From assembly GCF_009914755.1 (NCBI RefSeq), contig NC_060928.1: DNA of 64,000 nucleotides; one strand, given 5' to 3'. The DNA comes from the human T2T-CHM13v2.0 reference genome, Homo sapiens. The translations under genes were made by a program, and so were the position numbers. This document shows positions 26,229 through 43,786 of this stretch, in pieces; the first letter of the stretch is position 1, and the number at the start of each line of letters is the position of its first letter. Below the pieces are notes generated by a model. It searched no databases and was not told where the DNA came from. It worked only from the letters and a program-made list of their open reading frames with translations.

Positions 26229-27510
26229 TTTAAAAATAGTTGAATAGGGACTGCTCCTCCAGGACTCAGAAGACACTCACAATACTATGAGTTCCCCAAC
26301 TGTGGAAGCGGGGAAGGAAAATTCTCCTCTCCCGAACACACATCCCCACTGGGGAAACTGAAAGTCTGTTTGCTGGAGAAGTTTTCAAACTTATCTGGAG
26401 CCGAGTCAATCTAGAGAGCCCAGCAAAATACAGGGGTAGAAGAAGCAGCAGGAAATGTCCTGGGAGCTTGCTGGGTCCCTAAGCAGACCATTCCTGCCTG
26501 GCACCACAGGGCTCCTCCTGGAGGGCAGCCAGAGGAGCAGGGACAAACTCCCCAGGGAGAGGGAAGTCTCCAGCTGAACTTAGTAACAACTTGAACCCCA
26601 CGAGAAGCTTCCTGGCCAGAACTCAGGGGAGGGTGCAAATCTGGTGTGCAGACTCCATAGGCGAAGGAAGAACCAAGCCCTTTTCTTTCACAGCTGGGAG
26701 GTGGCTAGCCTGGGTCAAGATCTCAAACTGGGCTTACCCACCACCTGGAAACAGACTCAACTCGAGGCTGTTAGAGAAGGCATGGTGGGAGTTGAAACCA
26801 GCCCTTCAGTTTGCATGGGAGCTGGGTGAGGCCTGTGACTGCTGGCTTTCCCCTACTTCCCTGACAACCTGCATGACTCAGCACAGGCAGCCAGAATCCT
26901 CCCAGGTACACAACTCCATTGACCTGGGAACCTCACCCCCATCCCCTACAGCAGCTGCAGCAAGACCCGCCCAAGGAGAGTTTGAGCTCAAACTCGCCTA
27001 GCCCTGCCCCAATCTGTAGGCTTTCCCTATCCACCCTGGTAGCTGAAGACAAATGGCATATAATCTTGGGAGTTCTAGGGCCCCACCACCACTGGTTCCT
27101 CCCCATCATATCACAGCTGGTGCTCCGTGGAAAGCACAACCTCCTGGCAGGAGGCCAACCAGCACAAAAATAGAACATTAAACCACCAAAGCTAAGGACC
27201 TCCACAGAGTCCCTTGCATCCCCCATCACCTCCACTGGAACAGGCACTGGTATCTACAGCTGAGAGACTCATAGACAGTTCACATCACAGAACTCTGTGC
27301 AGACAACCCCTAGTACCAGCTCCGAGCTGGGTAGACTTGCTGGGCGGCCAGATCCAGAAGAGAGATAACAATCACTGCAGCTTAGCTCACAGGAAGCCAC
27401 ATCCATAGGAAAAGGGGGAGAGCACTACATCAAGGGAACATCCCATGGAACAAAATAACCTGAACAACAGCCTTGAGCCCTAGACCTTCCCTCTGACAGC
27501 ACCTACCCAA

Positions 27511-28538
27511 ATGAGAAGGAACCAGAAAACAACCAGAAATATGATAAAACAACGCTCTTTCATACCACCCACCAAAATCACACTAGTTCACCAGCGATGG
27601 ATCCAAACCAAGAAGAAATCCCTGATTTACCTGAAAAAGAATTCAAGAGGTTAGTTATTAAGCTAATCAGGGAGGCACCAGAGAAAGGCGAAGCCCAATG
27701 CAAGGAAATCCAAAATACGGTACAAGAAGTGAAAGGAGAAATATTTAAGGAAATAGATAGCATAAGGAAAAATCAGGAAACTTCAGGAAACAAAACTTCA
27801 GGAAACATCGGACACACTCAAAGAAATGCAGAATGCTTCGGAAAGTCTCAGCAATAGAGTTGAACAAGTAGAAGAAAGTCAGAGCTTAAAGACAAGGTCT
27901 TTGAATTAACCTTATTCAACAAAGACAAAGAAAAAAGAATAAGAAAATATGAAAAAAGCCTCCAAGAAGTCAGGGATTATGTTAAACCACCAAACATAAG
28001 AATAATCAGTGTTCCTGAGGAAGAAGAGAAATCTAAAAATTTGGAAAACATATTTAGGGGAATAATCAAGGAAAACTTTCCCAGCCTTGTTAGAGACCTA
28101 GACATCCAAATACTAGAAGCACAAAGGACACCTGGGAAATTCATCACAAAAATCTCTTCACCTAGCCACTTTGTTATCAGTTTCTCTAATGTTAACACAA
28201 AGGAAAGAATCTTAAGAGCTGTGAGACAAAAGCACCAGGTAACCTATACAGGAAAACCTTTCAGAATAACAACAGCTTTCTCAGCAGAAACCCTATAAGC
28301 TGGAAGGGATCAGGGTTCTATCTTCAGCCTCCTCAAACAAAACAAATATCGGACAAGAATTTTGTACCCAGCGAAACTAAGCATTATATATGAAGAAAAG
28401 ATACAGTCATTTTCAGACAAACAAATACTGAGAGAATTCACCATTACCAAGCCACCATTATAAGAACTGCCAAAAGGAGTTCTAAATCTTGAAACAAATC
28501 CTGGAAACACATCAAAACAGAACCTCTTTAAAGCATAA
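27511..28538 (+). pseudogene. L1 ORF1p remnant (disrupted)
   Basis: MDPNQEEIPDLPEKEFKRLVIKL; ENIFRGIIKENFPSLVRDLDIQILEAQRTP; KERILRAVRQK. Confidence 0.88.
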
Positions 28539-28792
28539 ATCACACAGGACCTATAAAAGTGAAATACAAGTTAAAAAGCAAAAACAAAAAAACAAAAACA
28601 AGGTACAAAGGCAAGAAATAGCACAATGAATGCAAAGGTACCTCACATCTCAATACTAACATTGTAAACATGTAAATGGCTTAAATGCTCCACTTAAAAG
28701 ATACAGAACTGCAGAATAGAGAAGAACTCACCAACCAATGCTCTGCTACCTTCAGGAGACTCACCTAACATATGAAGAGTCACATAAACTTA

Positions 28793-29496
28793 TGTAACAC
28801 CTAAGGTTCTTGCCTAGCCACGCCAAAAATTGGTGTGGTGGCTGACTGTGACAAGTGATAGAGACACGGACCGAGAGTGAGAAAAAGTTGTAGGTTTTAT
28901 TGAGCAGAGTGAAAGTACAAAGCTTCCATAGTGTGGAAGGGGTCCCAAATGGGTAGCCAGAGTTAGATTATATAATTGCCTTTTAAACTCTTTAAGGTGG
29001 GAAATACATGTGGCTGGAAGATGTTACCAGAGTGAGAAAGAAAGGCAGTAAATTATTTTGTGACATATCCTAGATTTTGAGGAAAACCGGAATTGCAACT
29101 TAGGTTTTATTTACTTTATGACCTTGTAGCGGCATGGCAAAGGAGAGAGGATCTTACAGGACTTTACAAAATATGTTTACAAGGAATTGGAATTGGGAGT
29201 ATAGATAAGGTCCGCTGGTCACAGAAAAACAGGCAGTTAACATTCCTTTTACTTTAATTTCAGGGGAGGCGGAGGGAGAGAGGACACAGGGAAACTTACA
29301 GCAAAATTTTCGCTGTTTATAGCTTTCTTGGGGAAGAAAACACATGCACAAATCCTGGTGTTAGGAATATTTTAAGCATATATCTTCAATATTATTCATC
29401 CAGGACCGAAGGAAGTCCTGATGCAGGAAATGAGTAAGTTTCACAGCTTTCTGAGCCCCTACTGGACCCAGGAAGCCTAGCTGGCACCTCCTCTCA
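28793..29496 (-). mobile_element. ERV1 solo LTR, 704 bp (LTR30-like, ERV9/HERV-W related; name tentative)
   Basis: Minus strand begins TGAGAGGAGGTGCCAGCT; TG...CA termini; 4-bp near-TSD ctta/gtta; L1 EN sequence rejoins across it (cacataaactta|aagtaaagggg). Confidence 0.8.
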
Positions 29497-29837
29497 GTTA
29501 AAGTAAAGGGGTGGAAAAAGATATTTTATGCAAATGGACAGCAAAAGTGAGCAGGGATAGCTATTCTTATAACAGGAAAAACAAACTTCAAAGCAACAGC
29601 AATTAAAAGAGACAAAGAGGGACATTATATAATGGTAAAAGGCCTTGTTCAACAGAAAAATATCACAATCCTAAACACGTAAGCACCTAACGTTGGAGCT
29701 CCCAAACTTATAAAACAATTACTAACAGACCTAAGATATGAGATAGACAGCAACACAATAATAGTGGGGGACTGCAATACTCCACTGACAGCACTAGACA
29801 GGTCATAAGACAGAAAGTCAACAAAGAAACGATGGGT

Positions 29838-30156
<319 letters not shown>

Positions 30157-30517
30157 TGAACTATACCTTGGAACAAATAGACTTAACAGATATATACAGC
30201 ACATTTCATCCCCATTTGCAGAATACACGTTCTATTCAACAGTGCATGGAACTTTCTACAAGACAGACTATGTGATAGGCCATATAATAGCCTCAATAAA
30301 TTTAAGAAAATCAAAATTACATCAAGCCCTCTCTCAGACCACAGTGGAATAAAACTGGAAATCAACTCCAAAAGGAACTTTCAAAACCATGCAATTACAT
30401 GGAAATTAAATAACCTGCTCCTGAATGAGCATTGGGTCAAATACAAAATCAAGATGGAAATTAAAAAATTCTTTGAACCAAATGACAATATTAACACAAG
30501 CTATCAAACTTCTGGGG

Positions 30518-30875
<358 letters not shown>

Positions 30876-32377
30876 CTACATAAAAAACACTGAAATAGCA
30901 CAAACTGACATTTTAAGGTCCCACCTCAATGAACTAGAGAAACAAGAACAAACCAAAATCAAACCCAGCAGCTGAAAGGAAATAACCAAGATCAGAACAG
31001 AACTAAATGAAATTGAAACAAAAACAATTACAGAAGATAAATCAAACAAAAAGCTGCTTCTTTGAAAAGACAAACAAAATTGATGGATCATTAGCAAAAT
31101 TAACAAAGAAAAGAAGTTCAGAAAATCCAAATAACCTCATTAAGAAATGAAACAGGAGATATTACAACTGACACCACTGAATTACAAAAGAATATTCTAG
31201 GCTACTACAAACACATTTATGCACATAAACTAGAAAACCTAGAAGAGATGGATAAATTCCTGGAAAAATACAACCCTCCTAGCTTAGTTCAGGAGGAATT
31301 AGGTACCCTAAACAGATCAATAACAAACAGTGAGATTGAAATGGTAATTTAAAAATTACCAACAAAAATTAAATCCAGGACCAAACAGATTCACAGCAGA
31401 ATTCTACCAGACATTCCAAGAAGAATTGGTACCAATCCTTTTGACTCCATCCCACAAGACAGAGAAAGAGGGAATCCTCCCTAATTTATTCTATGAAGCC
31501 GGCATCACCCTAATACCAAAACCAGGAAAGGACATAACCAAAAAAGAAAACTACAGACTGATATCCTTGATGAACATAGATGCTAAAATCCTTAACAAAA
31601 TACTAGCTAACCGAATCCAAGAACATATCAAAAAGATAATCCACCATAATCAAGTGGGTTTCATACTAGAGATGTAGGGATGATTTAACATACACAAGTC
31701 AATAAATGTGAAACACCACAAAAACAGAATTAAAAACAAAAATCACATGATCATCTCAATAAATGCAGAAAAAGCATTCAACAAAATCCAGAATCGCTTT
31801 ATGATTAAAAGTCTCAGCAAAATCAGCATACAAGGGACATACCTCAATGTAAAAAAAGTCATCTATGGCAAACCCACAGCCAACATAATTCTGAATGGGG
31901 AAAAGTTGAAAGCATTCCCTCTGAGAACTGGAACAAGACAAGGAGGCACACTGTCACCACTCCTCTTCAACATAGTACTGGAAGTCCTAGCCAGAGCAAT
32001 TAGATAAGAGAAAGAAATAAAGGGCATCCAAATTGGTAAAGAGGAAGTCAAACTATGCCTGTTTTCTGATGATATCATCATTTATGTAAAAAACCCTAAA
32101 GACTCCTTCAGAAAGCTCCTAGAACTGATAAAAGAATTCAGCAAAGTTTCTGGATACAAGATTAATGTACACAAATCAGTAACTCTTCTATACACCAATA
32201 GTGACCAAGCAGAGAATCAAATCAAGAACTTAACCCCTTTTACAATAGCTGAAAAAAAAAATTAGGAATACACCTAACTAAGGAGGCAAAAGACTTCTAC
32301 AAAGAAAACTACAAAACACTGCTGAAAGAAATCATAGACAACACAGACAAATGGAAACACATCTCATGCTTATCTAT

Positions 32378-32697
32378 TGTGAAACAATACATTGTTCCAC
32401 AATGTGAAACAATACATTGTTCCACAATGTGAAACAATACATTGTTCCACAATGTGAAACAATACATTGTTCCACAATGTGAAACAATACATTGTTCCAC
32501 AATGTGAAACAATACATTGTTCCACAATGTGAAACAATACATTGTTCCACAATGTGAAACAATACATTGTTCCACAATGTGAAACAATACATTGTTCCAC
32601 AATGTGAAACAATGTGAAACAATACATTGTTCCACAATGTGAAACAATACATTGTTCCACAATGTGAAACAATACATTGTTCCACAATGTGAAACAA
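32378..32697. repeat. 25-bp minisatellite (TGTGAAACAATACATTGTTCCACAA): 12 perfect copies plus two 10-bp partials
   Basis: 9 units from 32378 at period 25, partial at 32603-32612, 3 units from 32613, partial at 32688-32697. Confidence 0.97.
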
Positions 32698-33900
32698 CAT
32701 TGTGAAAATGGCCATGCGGCCAAAAGCAATCTACAAATTCAATTCAATCCCCATCAAAACACCACCATCATTTTTTACAGAATTAGGAAAAAAACTTCCA
32801 AAATTTATGTGGAACCACAAAAGAGCCTGCATACCCAAAGCAAAACTAAGCAAAAAGAACAAATCTGGAGGAATCACACTACCTGACTTCAAACTAGAAT
32901 ATAAGGCCATACTCACCAAAATAGCATTGTACTTGTATAAAAATAGGCACATAGGTCAATGGTACAAAATAGAGAACCCAGAAATAAACCCAAATACTTA
33001 CAGCCAACTGATCTTCAACAAAGCAAACAAAAACATAAAGGGGGGAAAGGACACCAGTTTCATCAAATGGTGCTGGGATAATTGGCTAGCCACATGGAGG
33101 AGAATGAAACTAGATCCTCATCTCTCTCACCTTATACAAAAATCAACTCAACATGGATCAAAGGCTTAAATTTAAGACCTGAAACTATAAAAATTCTAGA
33201 AGGTAACATAAAAACCCTTCTAGACATTGACTTAGGCAAGGGTTTCATGACCAAGAACCCAAAAGCAAATGAAATAAAAACAAAGATAAACAGTTGGGAC
33301 TTAATTAAACTAAAGAGCTTTTGCATGGCAAGAGGCACGGTCAGCAGAGTAAATAGACAACCCACAGAGTGGGAGAAAACCTTCACAATGTACACATCTG
33401 ACAAAGGACTAATATCCAGAATCTACAATGAACTCAAACAAATCAGTAAGAAAAAAACAAACAATCTCATCAAAAAGTGGGCTAAGGACATGAATAGACA
33501 ATTCTCAAAAGAAGATATACAAATTACCAAAAAACATGAAAAAATGTTCAACATCACTAATGATCAGGGAAATGCAAATCAAAACCACAATACGATACCA
33601 CTTTACTCCTCCAAGAACAGCCATAATAAAAAAAAATGAAAAACCAGTAGATGTTGGCGTGTATGCAGTGATCAGGGAACACTTCTACTCTGCTGGTGGG
33701 AATGTAAACTAGTACAGCTGCTATGGGAAACTGTGTGGAGATTCCTTGAAGAACTAAAAGTAGAACTACCATTTGATCCAGCAATCCCACTACTGGGTAT
33801 CTACCCAGAGGAAAAGAAGTCATTATTCAAAAAAAAAAAAAAAAAAACTTGTACATGCATGTTTATAGCAGCACAACTTGCAATTCCAAAATCATGGAAC

Positions 33901-34482
33901 TGAGAGGTGAAGGCAGCGGGGCTTCTGGGTCAGGTGAGGACTTGGAGAACTTTTCTGTCTAGCTAAAGGATTGTAAATGCACCAATCAGCGCTCTGTGTC
34001 TAGCTAAATGCTTGTAAACGCACCAATCAGCACTCTGTCAAAACGGACCAATCAGCACTCTGTAAAATGGACCAATCAGCTCTCTGTAAAATGGACCAAT
34101 CAGCAGGATGTGGGTGGGGCCAAATAAGGGAATAAAAGCTGGCCACCTGAGCCAGCAGCAGCAACCCACCCAGGTCCCCTTCCATCCTGTGGAAGCTGTG
34201 TTCTTTCACTCTTCGCAATAAATCTTGCTGCTGCTCACTCTGGGTCCGTACTACCTTTATGAGCTGTAACACTCACTGTGAAGGTCTGTGGCTTCACTCC
34301 TGAAGTCAGCAAGACCACGAACCCACTAGAAGGAAGAAACTCAGGACACATCTGAACATCTGAAGGAACAAACTCCGGACACACCATCTTTAAGAACTGT
34401 AACACTCACTGTGAGGGTCTGTGGCTTCATTCTTGAAGTCAGTGAGACAAAAAACCCACCAGAGGAACCAATTCCAGACACA
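33901..34482 (+). mobile_element. LTR12-family (ERV9) solo LTR, short LTR12F-like form
   Basis: TGAGAGGTGAAG...CCAGACACA; perfect 4-bp TSD GAAC (33897-33900, 34483-34486); repeated ccaatcagc units. Confidence 0.93.
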
Positions 34483-34527
34483 GAACCAACCTAAATGACC
34501 ATCAATCAATGAATGGATGAAGAAACT

Positions 34528-34584
<57 letters not shown>

Positions 34585-34586
34585 GT
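34528..34586. repeat. (TA)n microsatellite
   Basis: About 20 uninterrupted TA units. Confidence 0.95.
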
Positions 34587-36315
34587 AGATGAGATACATA
34601 TGATGGAATACTACTCATCCATAAAAAGGAATCAATTAAGGGCGTTTGCATCCACCTGGATGAATTGGAAACTATTATTCTAAGTGAAGTAACTCAGGAA
34701 TGGAAAACTAAACATTGTATGTTCTCACTGATACGTGGGAGCTAAGCTATGAGAATGCAAAGGCATAAGAATGTTACAGTGGACTTTGGGGACTTGTGGG
34801 GAAAGGATGGGAGGAGAGGCGAGTGATAAAAGACTACAGATAGGGTGCAGTGCATACTGCTTAGGTGATGGGTGCCCCAAAATCTCACAAGTCACCACTA
34901 AAGAACTTATGTAATCAAATATCACCTTTACCCCAATAACTTATGGAAAAATTTTAAAAAATAGAAACAGATAAATAATGGAATAAGTAAAGCCAGGTTT
35001 GCATAATTTTTAAGCTATATTGTTAAGTACTTTTGACACAATAGACCTAGGGAAAGAGCCAAAGTCTTCTGGAATATGCAGCATTTCTCCAATACTTACT
35101 AAGCAAAGCAAAGAATTTTTCTTCAGATGTATTTATTATTTATTAGAAAGGAGTATTTCAAGTTCTCATTGTGTGTTTCCAGTTTAAGATTTTCACGTCT
35201 CATCATTTTTGTGTGTTTTATTTTTCTCTTGTCTTTTGAATCTGCTTTGTGGAAATGTTCTCAAAATTTTCTTCTGCATTACTGATATGGTTTTCTACAA
35301 AATAAACTCTGAGTTCAATTAAAATGTTAATTTTGTTACTGCACTTTAAGGTTATAAGCATCTAATGTTATTGTCTTTTAATATTGGCACATTTACCCTA
35401 TGTGGTTTTCTGCTATGATTTTATAAAAGCCATATTATTTTTCACCTACCAGATGCTAAACACTTTTCTAAGGTATTTTTCATTTTTTGTATTTACAAAG
35501 GTTCAAATAATTCAAAGAAAATGCATTTTTTACTACCATATCTATATGCAGCAGATAAGAGGATGGAACTTAGTTTTAACATTTGCTTGCTTCATTAACA
35601 TAATTAATAACAATTTTATTTCTTGCTTTAGATGTAATATTAAATTATTTATGTTCTTATGTAAATTATTCTTAGAAATATATATTTTATCCAAATTGAT
35701 GTAAGAATTTCTATCTGTCCATTAAAAAATGGACTTTGTGAGTCTTGCTCTAAAAGTAGTTCTCACTATAGTGTATTGTTTAAGCTACAAAGGCAAAGCA
35801 CAACTGAGAATATAAAATTTCTGATTAATACAGAACCATACTAAGAACCAAGGTGATAATGAAGTTGAATTTAAGAATTATGTAGATATACTATTACTAT
35901 CAACCGAAAGTAGTAGGATAGTTACACAATTTAGTTCCAAAATGTGTGCAAGTTCAACTAGAGGTATTACAAAAAGAATGTCAATACTTCTCATGTAATC
36001 TTGACTACTTTATATAAGAGAAACAATAATGCAGGATTTCACTTTCACATGCCTGCAGAGGGTGATTAAGAATTAAACTGTTAAGAAAAAAAAAGCGAAG
36101 GGGGCAGGGGGAATTGGTGGTAAAAATGAAACTGCCAATTGCATTCAAACTAATTAAAAACAAAATACACAAAAATGACGAAACAAATCAGTCTGAAGGA
36201 TAGATCACACAAGTTTTTCTTTTTTTATGGTCCAATGTATACACTAAGTGAATAACTTTGGCTTTTGTTATCCTAACATAGCTATTGATTTTATTTTGGC
36301 TTATTTCCTTGACAT

Positions 36316-40113
<3,798 letters not shown>

Positions 40114-40828
40114 CAGTTTTGCATACCTATTTGTGACTAATGAGTAAAATAATCTCTAGCTAGAAAAATCATTGACCAGCAATTAATGTAATCTGAAACT
40201 GATTTTGCTGTCAGTCAGATGTATTTTATGACTATGTAAAATTATAGTTTTCATGAAGAGACATGAAGAAAATATCATTGTTTAATGATTCTAGAATCAC
40301 TGGCCATGCAGTTTAGTAAATACAGAATATCAGCATTAAGAGTAGAAAGAAAATGGATAATGTTGTGGATAATCATCTTATGACTGATTAGAGCACAGAA
40401 TTTCATTGACATGGCTCTACCTTTTACTACTGTAAGGAAAACGCTTTACTAAAGGACAGACATTATAACTACACAACATATTTAATAAGGCTCATTGATA
40501 TTATTAATGTAGGAATACCTAAATGTCAAAAGAATAAAGTTGTTTCAATCTTATTGGAATGATTGGAAACATTGCAATAAAACAAAATATAAGACATTTT
40601 TCCTCTTCGCAAATTCCATTCCAAGCCTTTAATAAAGAGAAACTCAATTACAAAAAATATGAGTATGATAGTCTAGGGCAGCTTTATAGGCTTTATTTAG
40701 ACAACATTATTTGTTGGCAGCCTCGACGGAGGTAGTAATTACTAGTGAGAAAAGCAAACACACAACAAAGAAAGATGGATCCATCTGAAGCATGAAAGTA
40801 AAGCTATTGTTTCTTTTATGAAAGGACA

Positions 40829-40903
40829 GTTAAAATTCTGCTGTGTTAAATTCTGCCATGTTAAAATTCTGCCATGTTAAAAAATTCTGCCATGGTAAAA
40901 TTC
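40829..40903. repeat. Short tandem repeat, ~16-bp unit (ttaaaattctgccatg) x ~4.5
   Basis: Directly visible, slightly degenerate. Confidence 0.8.
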
Positions 40904-41129
40904 AAATGAATGACCTTTTGCAATATATTGGAAACAAAAATACATTAATAAATATAGAAAACTGGGATGAGTTTGATTTTCTAATTGTAGAAAAAAACGA
41001 AAACAAAAACTTTAGACCTAGGCTATAATGTGAACTCCCAAAGTTTTACAAGAATTAAAATCTTCCAGGGTGTGGTCTCTAAACACATTAGAATGAATGT
41101 GAAAAATTAACAAAACATAGTATCTCTAA

Positions 41130-42980
41130 TACAAACTAGAAAACCTAGAAGAAATAAACTCCCAGAAACATATAATCTCCCAATATTAAACCAGGAAGAA
41201 ATTGAATCCCAGAACAGACCAATAATGAGTTCTGAAATTGAATCTGTAATAAAAAAGTGTACAAACTACAAGAAGCCCAGGACCAGAGAGATTCACAGAC
41301 AAATTCTACCAAATGTATAAAGAAGAGCTGGTACCATTCCTGTGGATATTGTCACAAACAATTAAGGAGGAAGGACTCCTCTGTATCTCATTCTACAATG
41401 AAAGCATTATTCTAATAATAAGCACAGACAGAGACACAACAAAAAAAGAAGACTTCAGGCCTCTTTGATGAAAATTGATGCAAAAATTATCAACATAATA
41501 CTAGCAAACCAAATCCAGCAGCACATCAAAAAGCTCATGGATAAATACTGTTAAAATGAACATACTGCCCAAAGCAATTTACAGACTCAGTGCTATTCCA
41601 ATCAAACTACCAAGGTTATTCTTCACAGAATTAGAAAAAAAAACTATTTTAAAATTCATATGGTACCAAAACAGGGCCTGAATAGCCAAAGTAATCTTGA
41701 GAAAAAAGAAAAAAGCTGGAGGAATTACATTATCTGACTTCAAACTACAGTACAAGGCTACAGAAACCGAAACATAATGGTACTGGTATAAAAACAGACA
41801 CATAGACCAATGGAACCAAAGAGCCCCCAAATAAAGCCACACATACCTACATTCATCTGATCTTCAACAACTGTGACAAGAACCAAGAACAAGCAATGAG
41901 GAAAGGAATCAATATTCAATAAATGATACTGGGATAACTGGCTACCTATATGCAAAAGACAGGAATTAGACCCTTTCCTTACACTGCATACAAAAATCAA
42001 CTCAAGATGGACTAGAGGCTTAAATGTAAAACCCCATGTATAAAAACTCAGGAAGATAACCTAGAAAATATCATTCTGGACATAGGCTCTGGCAAAGATT
42101 TCATGACAAAGACACCAAAAGCAATTCCAACAAAAACACAAATTGACAAGTGGGACCTAACTAAACTAAGGAGCTTTTGCACAGCAAGAGAAACTACCAA
42201 TAGAGTAAACAGACAACCTGTAGAATGGGAGAAAATATTTGCAAACCATGCATCTGACAAAGATCTAGTATCCAGAATATATAAGGAACTTAAACAAACT
42301 AACAAGCAAAAACCAAACATCCCCATAGAAAAGAAGGCAAAGGTCATGAACAGACACTTTTCTAAAGAAGACATACACATAGCCAACAAGCCTATAAACA
42401 AATGCTCCACAGCTCTAATCATTAAAGAACTGCAAATTAAAACTACCATGAGGTACCATCTGACACCAGTCAGAATGGCTGTTATTAAAAAGAAAAAAAT
42501 TAACAGATGCTGGGGAGGTTGTGGTGATAAGGGAACACTTATATACTGCTGGTAGGAATTTAAATTAGTTCAGTCATTGTGGAAAGCAGTTTGGTGATTT
42601 CTCAAAGAACTTAGAAGTACCATTTGACCCCGAAATCCAATTATTGGGTGTATATCCAAAGGAATATCAATCATTCTACCATAAAGACACATTCACATGT
42701 GTGTTTGTCACATTATTCACAATAGCAAAGACATTTGAATCAACTTAAATTCCCATCAATCTTAGACTGAATAAAGAAAATGTGGTACATATACACCATG
42801 GAATACTACGCAACCATAAAAAAAGAATGAGATAATGTCCTCTGCAGCAATATGGATAGAGCCAGAGGTCATTATCCTAAGTGAACTAATGCAGGAACAG
42901 AAAACCAAATATCACATATTTTCATTTTTTAAGTGGGAGCTAAACATTGAGTACACATGGACACAGGGAAACAACAGAGA
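41130..42980 (+). mobile_element. L1 (old L1PA/L1PB-type) ORF2-3' fragment with internal deletion of the RT core
   Basis: QQHIKK-coding sequence joins directly to atggata...ctgttaaaatg at ~41538; ORF 42103-42555 [18 protein letters not shown]. Confidence 0.88.
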
Positions 42981-43786
42981 GCTAATGTTATTCATAAGAA
43001 CATTCTTTATTTTAAATACATATATCAGAAATAAATAAAGACGAAATCTGAGACCTGACTTCCCACCTCGAGAATCTGGGAAAACAGAAAGTCAACGTGT
43101 AGGAAGTAGTAGGAAGAAAATAATAAAGAGTAATTAGAAACAAATGAAATACAAAATAAAGTATGATAGAACAAATAAAGAAAAACAACTGTTGATGATT
43201 TTTTGAAATGATTAGTAAGATTGATAAACACACAAAAAGACTCACAATGAAAAATGTGAACAAATATGTACCACCAATAACAAAAATATGAACAAAGCAA
43301 AATGAGACAAACTGCAAGAAAAGAATGAATTGCAACATACTGTGTAGACATAGATAATATAAAGAACAACTTGAAATCAAAAAATGTATCATTTTTGTGC
43401 AATGGAAAAAATTTCTCAAAAAATACAACTTACCAATATTGACGCACACACAAAATATGAAATCTGAAGTGTGCAATATTGTTAAAGAATTTAAAGCTAT
43501 CAATAAGTAATAAATTTTTCTAAAAATATTTAAAAATAAGTACTTATTTTGACTTTAAATTCAAGGGTAGTTTTGTTACATAGATAAACTTGTGTCATGG
43601 AGATTTTGTTGTATAGATTATTTAATCACCCAGGTATTAAGCCTAGTACCCATTAGTTATTTTTCCTATTCTCTCTCTCCTTCCACTCTCCACACTCCAA
43701 AAGGTCCCAATGTGTGCTGTTCCCTTCTATGTGTCTATGCATTCTCGTTATTTAGTTTCCACTTATACTTTCCTGTCCTGCATTAG

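Noticed and set aside
26228-26246. TSD for the long L1PB (aaaaatag at both ends)
   Set aside because: Only ~8 low-complexity bases match, too weak to call.
32378-32697. CRISPR-like array (25-bp palindromic repeats)
   Set aside because: Repeats are head-to-tail with no unique spacers, there are no cas genes, and the context is primate LINE-1.
32309-32729. Three Cys/His-rich repetitive ORFs on the minus strand
   Set aside because: Translations of the 25-bp repeat cycling through frames; no evidence of a gene.
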